Origin: Sphaerodactylus townsendi
Taxonomy: Eukaryota
NCBI RefSeq assembly: GCF_021028975.2
Contig: NC_059425.1
Location: 24,366,001 to 24,430,000, forward strand
Direction: 5' to 3'
Length of the DNA stretch: 64,000 bases
A model generated the notes under the pieces. The model was not told the origin of the DNA. It saw only the letters and a program-made list of their open reading frames with translations, and ran no database searches. The first letter of the stretch is position 1. Every line of letters begins with the position of its first letter. The position numbers and the translations under genes were made by a program. This document shows positions 62,814 through 64,000 of the stretch, one piece after another.

Positions 62814-64000
62814 CTCTATGTATGCTCTGGAACATCATGCTTCAGCTGTAATGACCAGCACTGCTGCTGTTAGAATAGCATGGGCAGTTAGCCTTATATG
62901 CCTTATTTTTGATAACTTTTCTTGAATTTTTTCAATAAAGTTTTTTTGTGTAAATTTCATGTGAGTTACTGCGGAGGGACCAGAACCTCTCTATCCAGGC
63001 CTGAGTTTGGTTATGTTGCCACGCCAACGCAGGATCAGCCTTGCCACTTTCTAAGGAAATATGCATAGGATTTAAAGCTCAGAATTCTCCAAAGGAATGG
63101 AGAACTGTGTATTTTGTTTTGTTCTATTTATACCCCACTCTTTCCCTGCAGGCCAAGCTCAAGGTGGCTTCCAACAGTAATATATTACACTATATTCCAA
63201 TATAAAAACATATAATTTAAAAATGTTAGCCCCACTTTAATTCAGTGAGACCGCATCCTAACCACTTTATATAAATGAAAAATAATATCTTCAGGGGTAA
63301 GGATAGCAATAATTTGTAGAGCTAACAGCTCCCAGGTCTCCCCAGAGGGATAGAGACAGGAGGGAAAAGAATAAGGAAAAGGGAGGGGGAATATAGGGGA
63401 GAGGAGGGAAAAGAATGGGAAGGGAAGAAAAGAAAAGAAAAGAACAATGAAGGACAGAAAGGGGAGGAAAAGAAAATGGAAAGGAGACCAGCTGATCTAC
63501 TAAACTGTTGCTACCACAACCATCCATGGCCTTCTTTGTGGTGTCCCTGGCATTTTGGACACTCTCCCTCCAGAGGTCCACCAAGCACTAACTCTGCAAG
63601 AGTTTAGGCACCTGACCAAAACTACCCTCTGTACCTGGGCATACAGGTGATCCCTCCTGTGTGGTACCTCCCCCCTGCCTTTTATTTACCTGCCATCACC
63701 ATACCCACACTCTGTTGGTTCAGCCCCAGCTGAATTTTTGAAATAAGTTAGGGGGCATTATGGGGGATGGGTGATGACATATTTGTAGGAGGATTGGGAT
63801 AGGGTGGGGATGGTTTTTAAAATAGATTTTATAATGGTTTTAAGATTGTTTTATGGTGTTTTATGATTGTAACCCACCAAGGGACTTTGATGATGGGCAG
63901 GAAATAAGTACATAGATAAATAAATAAACAAACAAACCATGTGTCTGGCAGAACGTCTCCACATTATAGGTCCTACAGAACTGAACTATAGGTCTCATTA

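Noticed and set aside
61620-63030. Possible solo LTR
   Set aside because: Has an AATAAA but no clear TG...CA ends or TSD that I could support

Overview
Vertebrate genomic DNA from a squamate reptile; the SINE, Penelope and hAT repertoire suggests a gecko-like lizard (inference). Five protein-coding genes lie on the minus strand. They are the 5' part of KATNB1 (13 coding exons in 37-12024, continuing past the left edge), SAC3D1 (2 exons), SNX15 (8 exons), ARL2 (5 exons, 184 aa, intron 1 U12-type) and a divergent RBM4-family gene (318-aa uninterrupted CDS, no zinc knuckle). Introns and intergenic DNA are dense with CORE-SINEs, 5S/Sauria-type SINEs, CR1/Rex1/L1/L2 LINE fragments, hAT (including SPIN), Harbinger-like and pogo-like MITEs, and palindromic Penelope-like remnants carrying minimal hammerhead-ribozyme motifs. 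There is a 474-nt N gap, and several patches look like insertion-rich, low-quality consensus (SAC3D1 exon 2, SNX15 exons 4 and 6, part of the Rex1 copy). The most notable items are the atypical RBM4-like gene, the hammerhead palindromes, a LINE insertion carrying an exact 129-bp copy of nearby host intron, the U12 intron, and KATNB1 sitting next to the ARL2-SNX15-SAC3D1 block. I found no convincingly novel biological system. Family names and orthologue comparisons come from recalled sequences, not searches.
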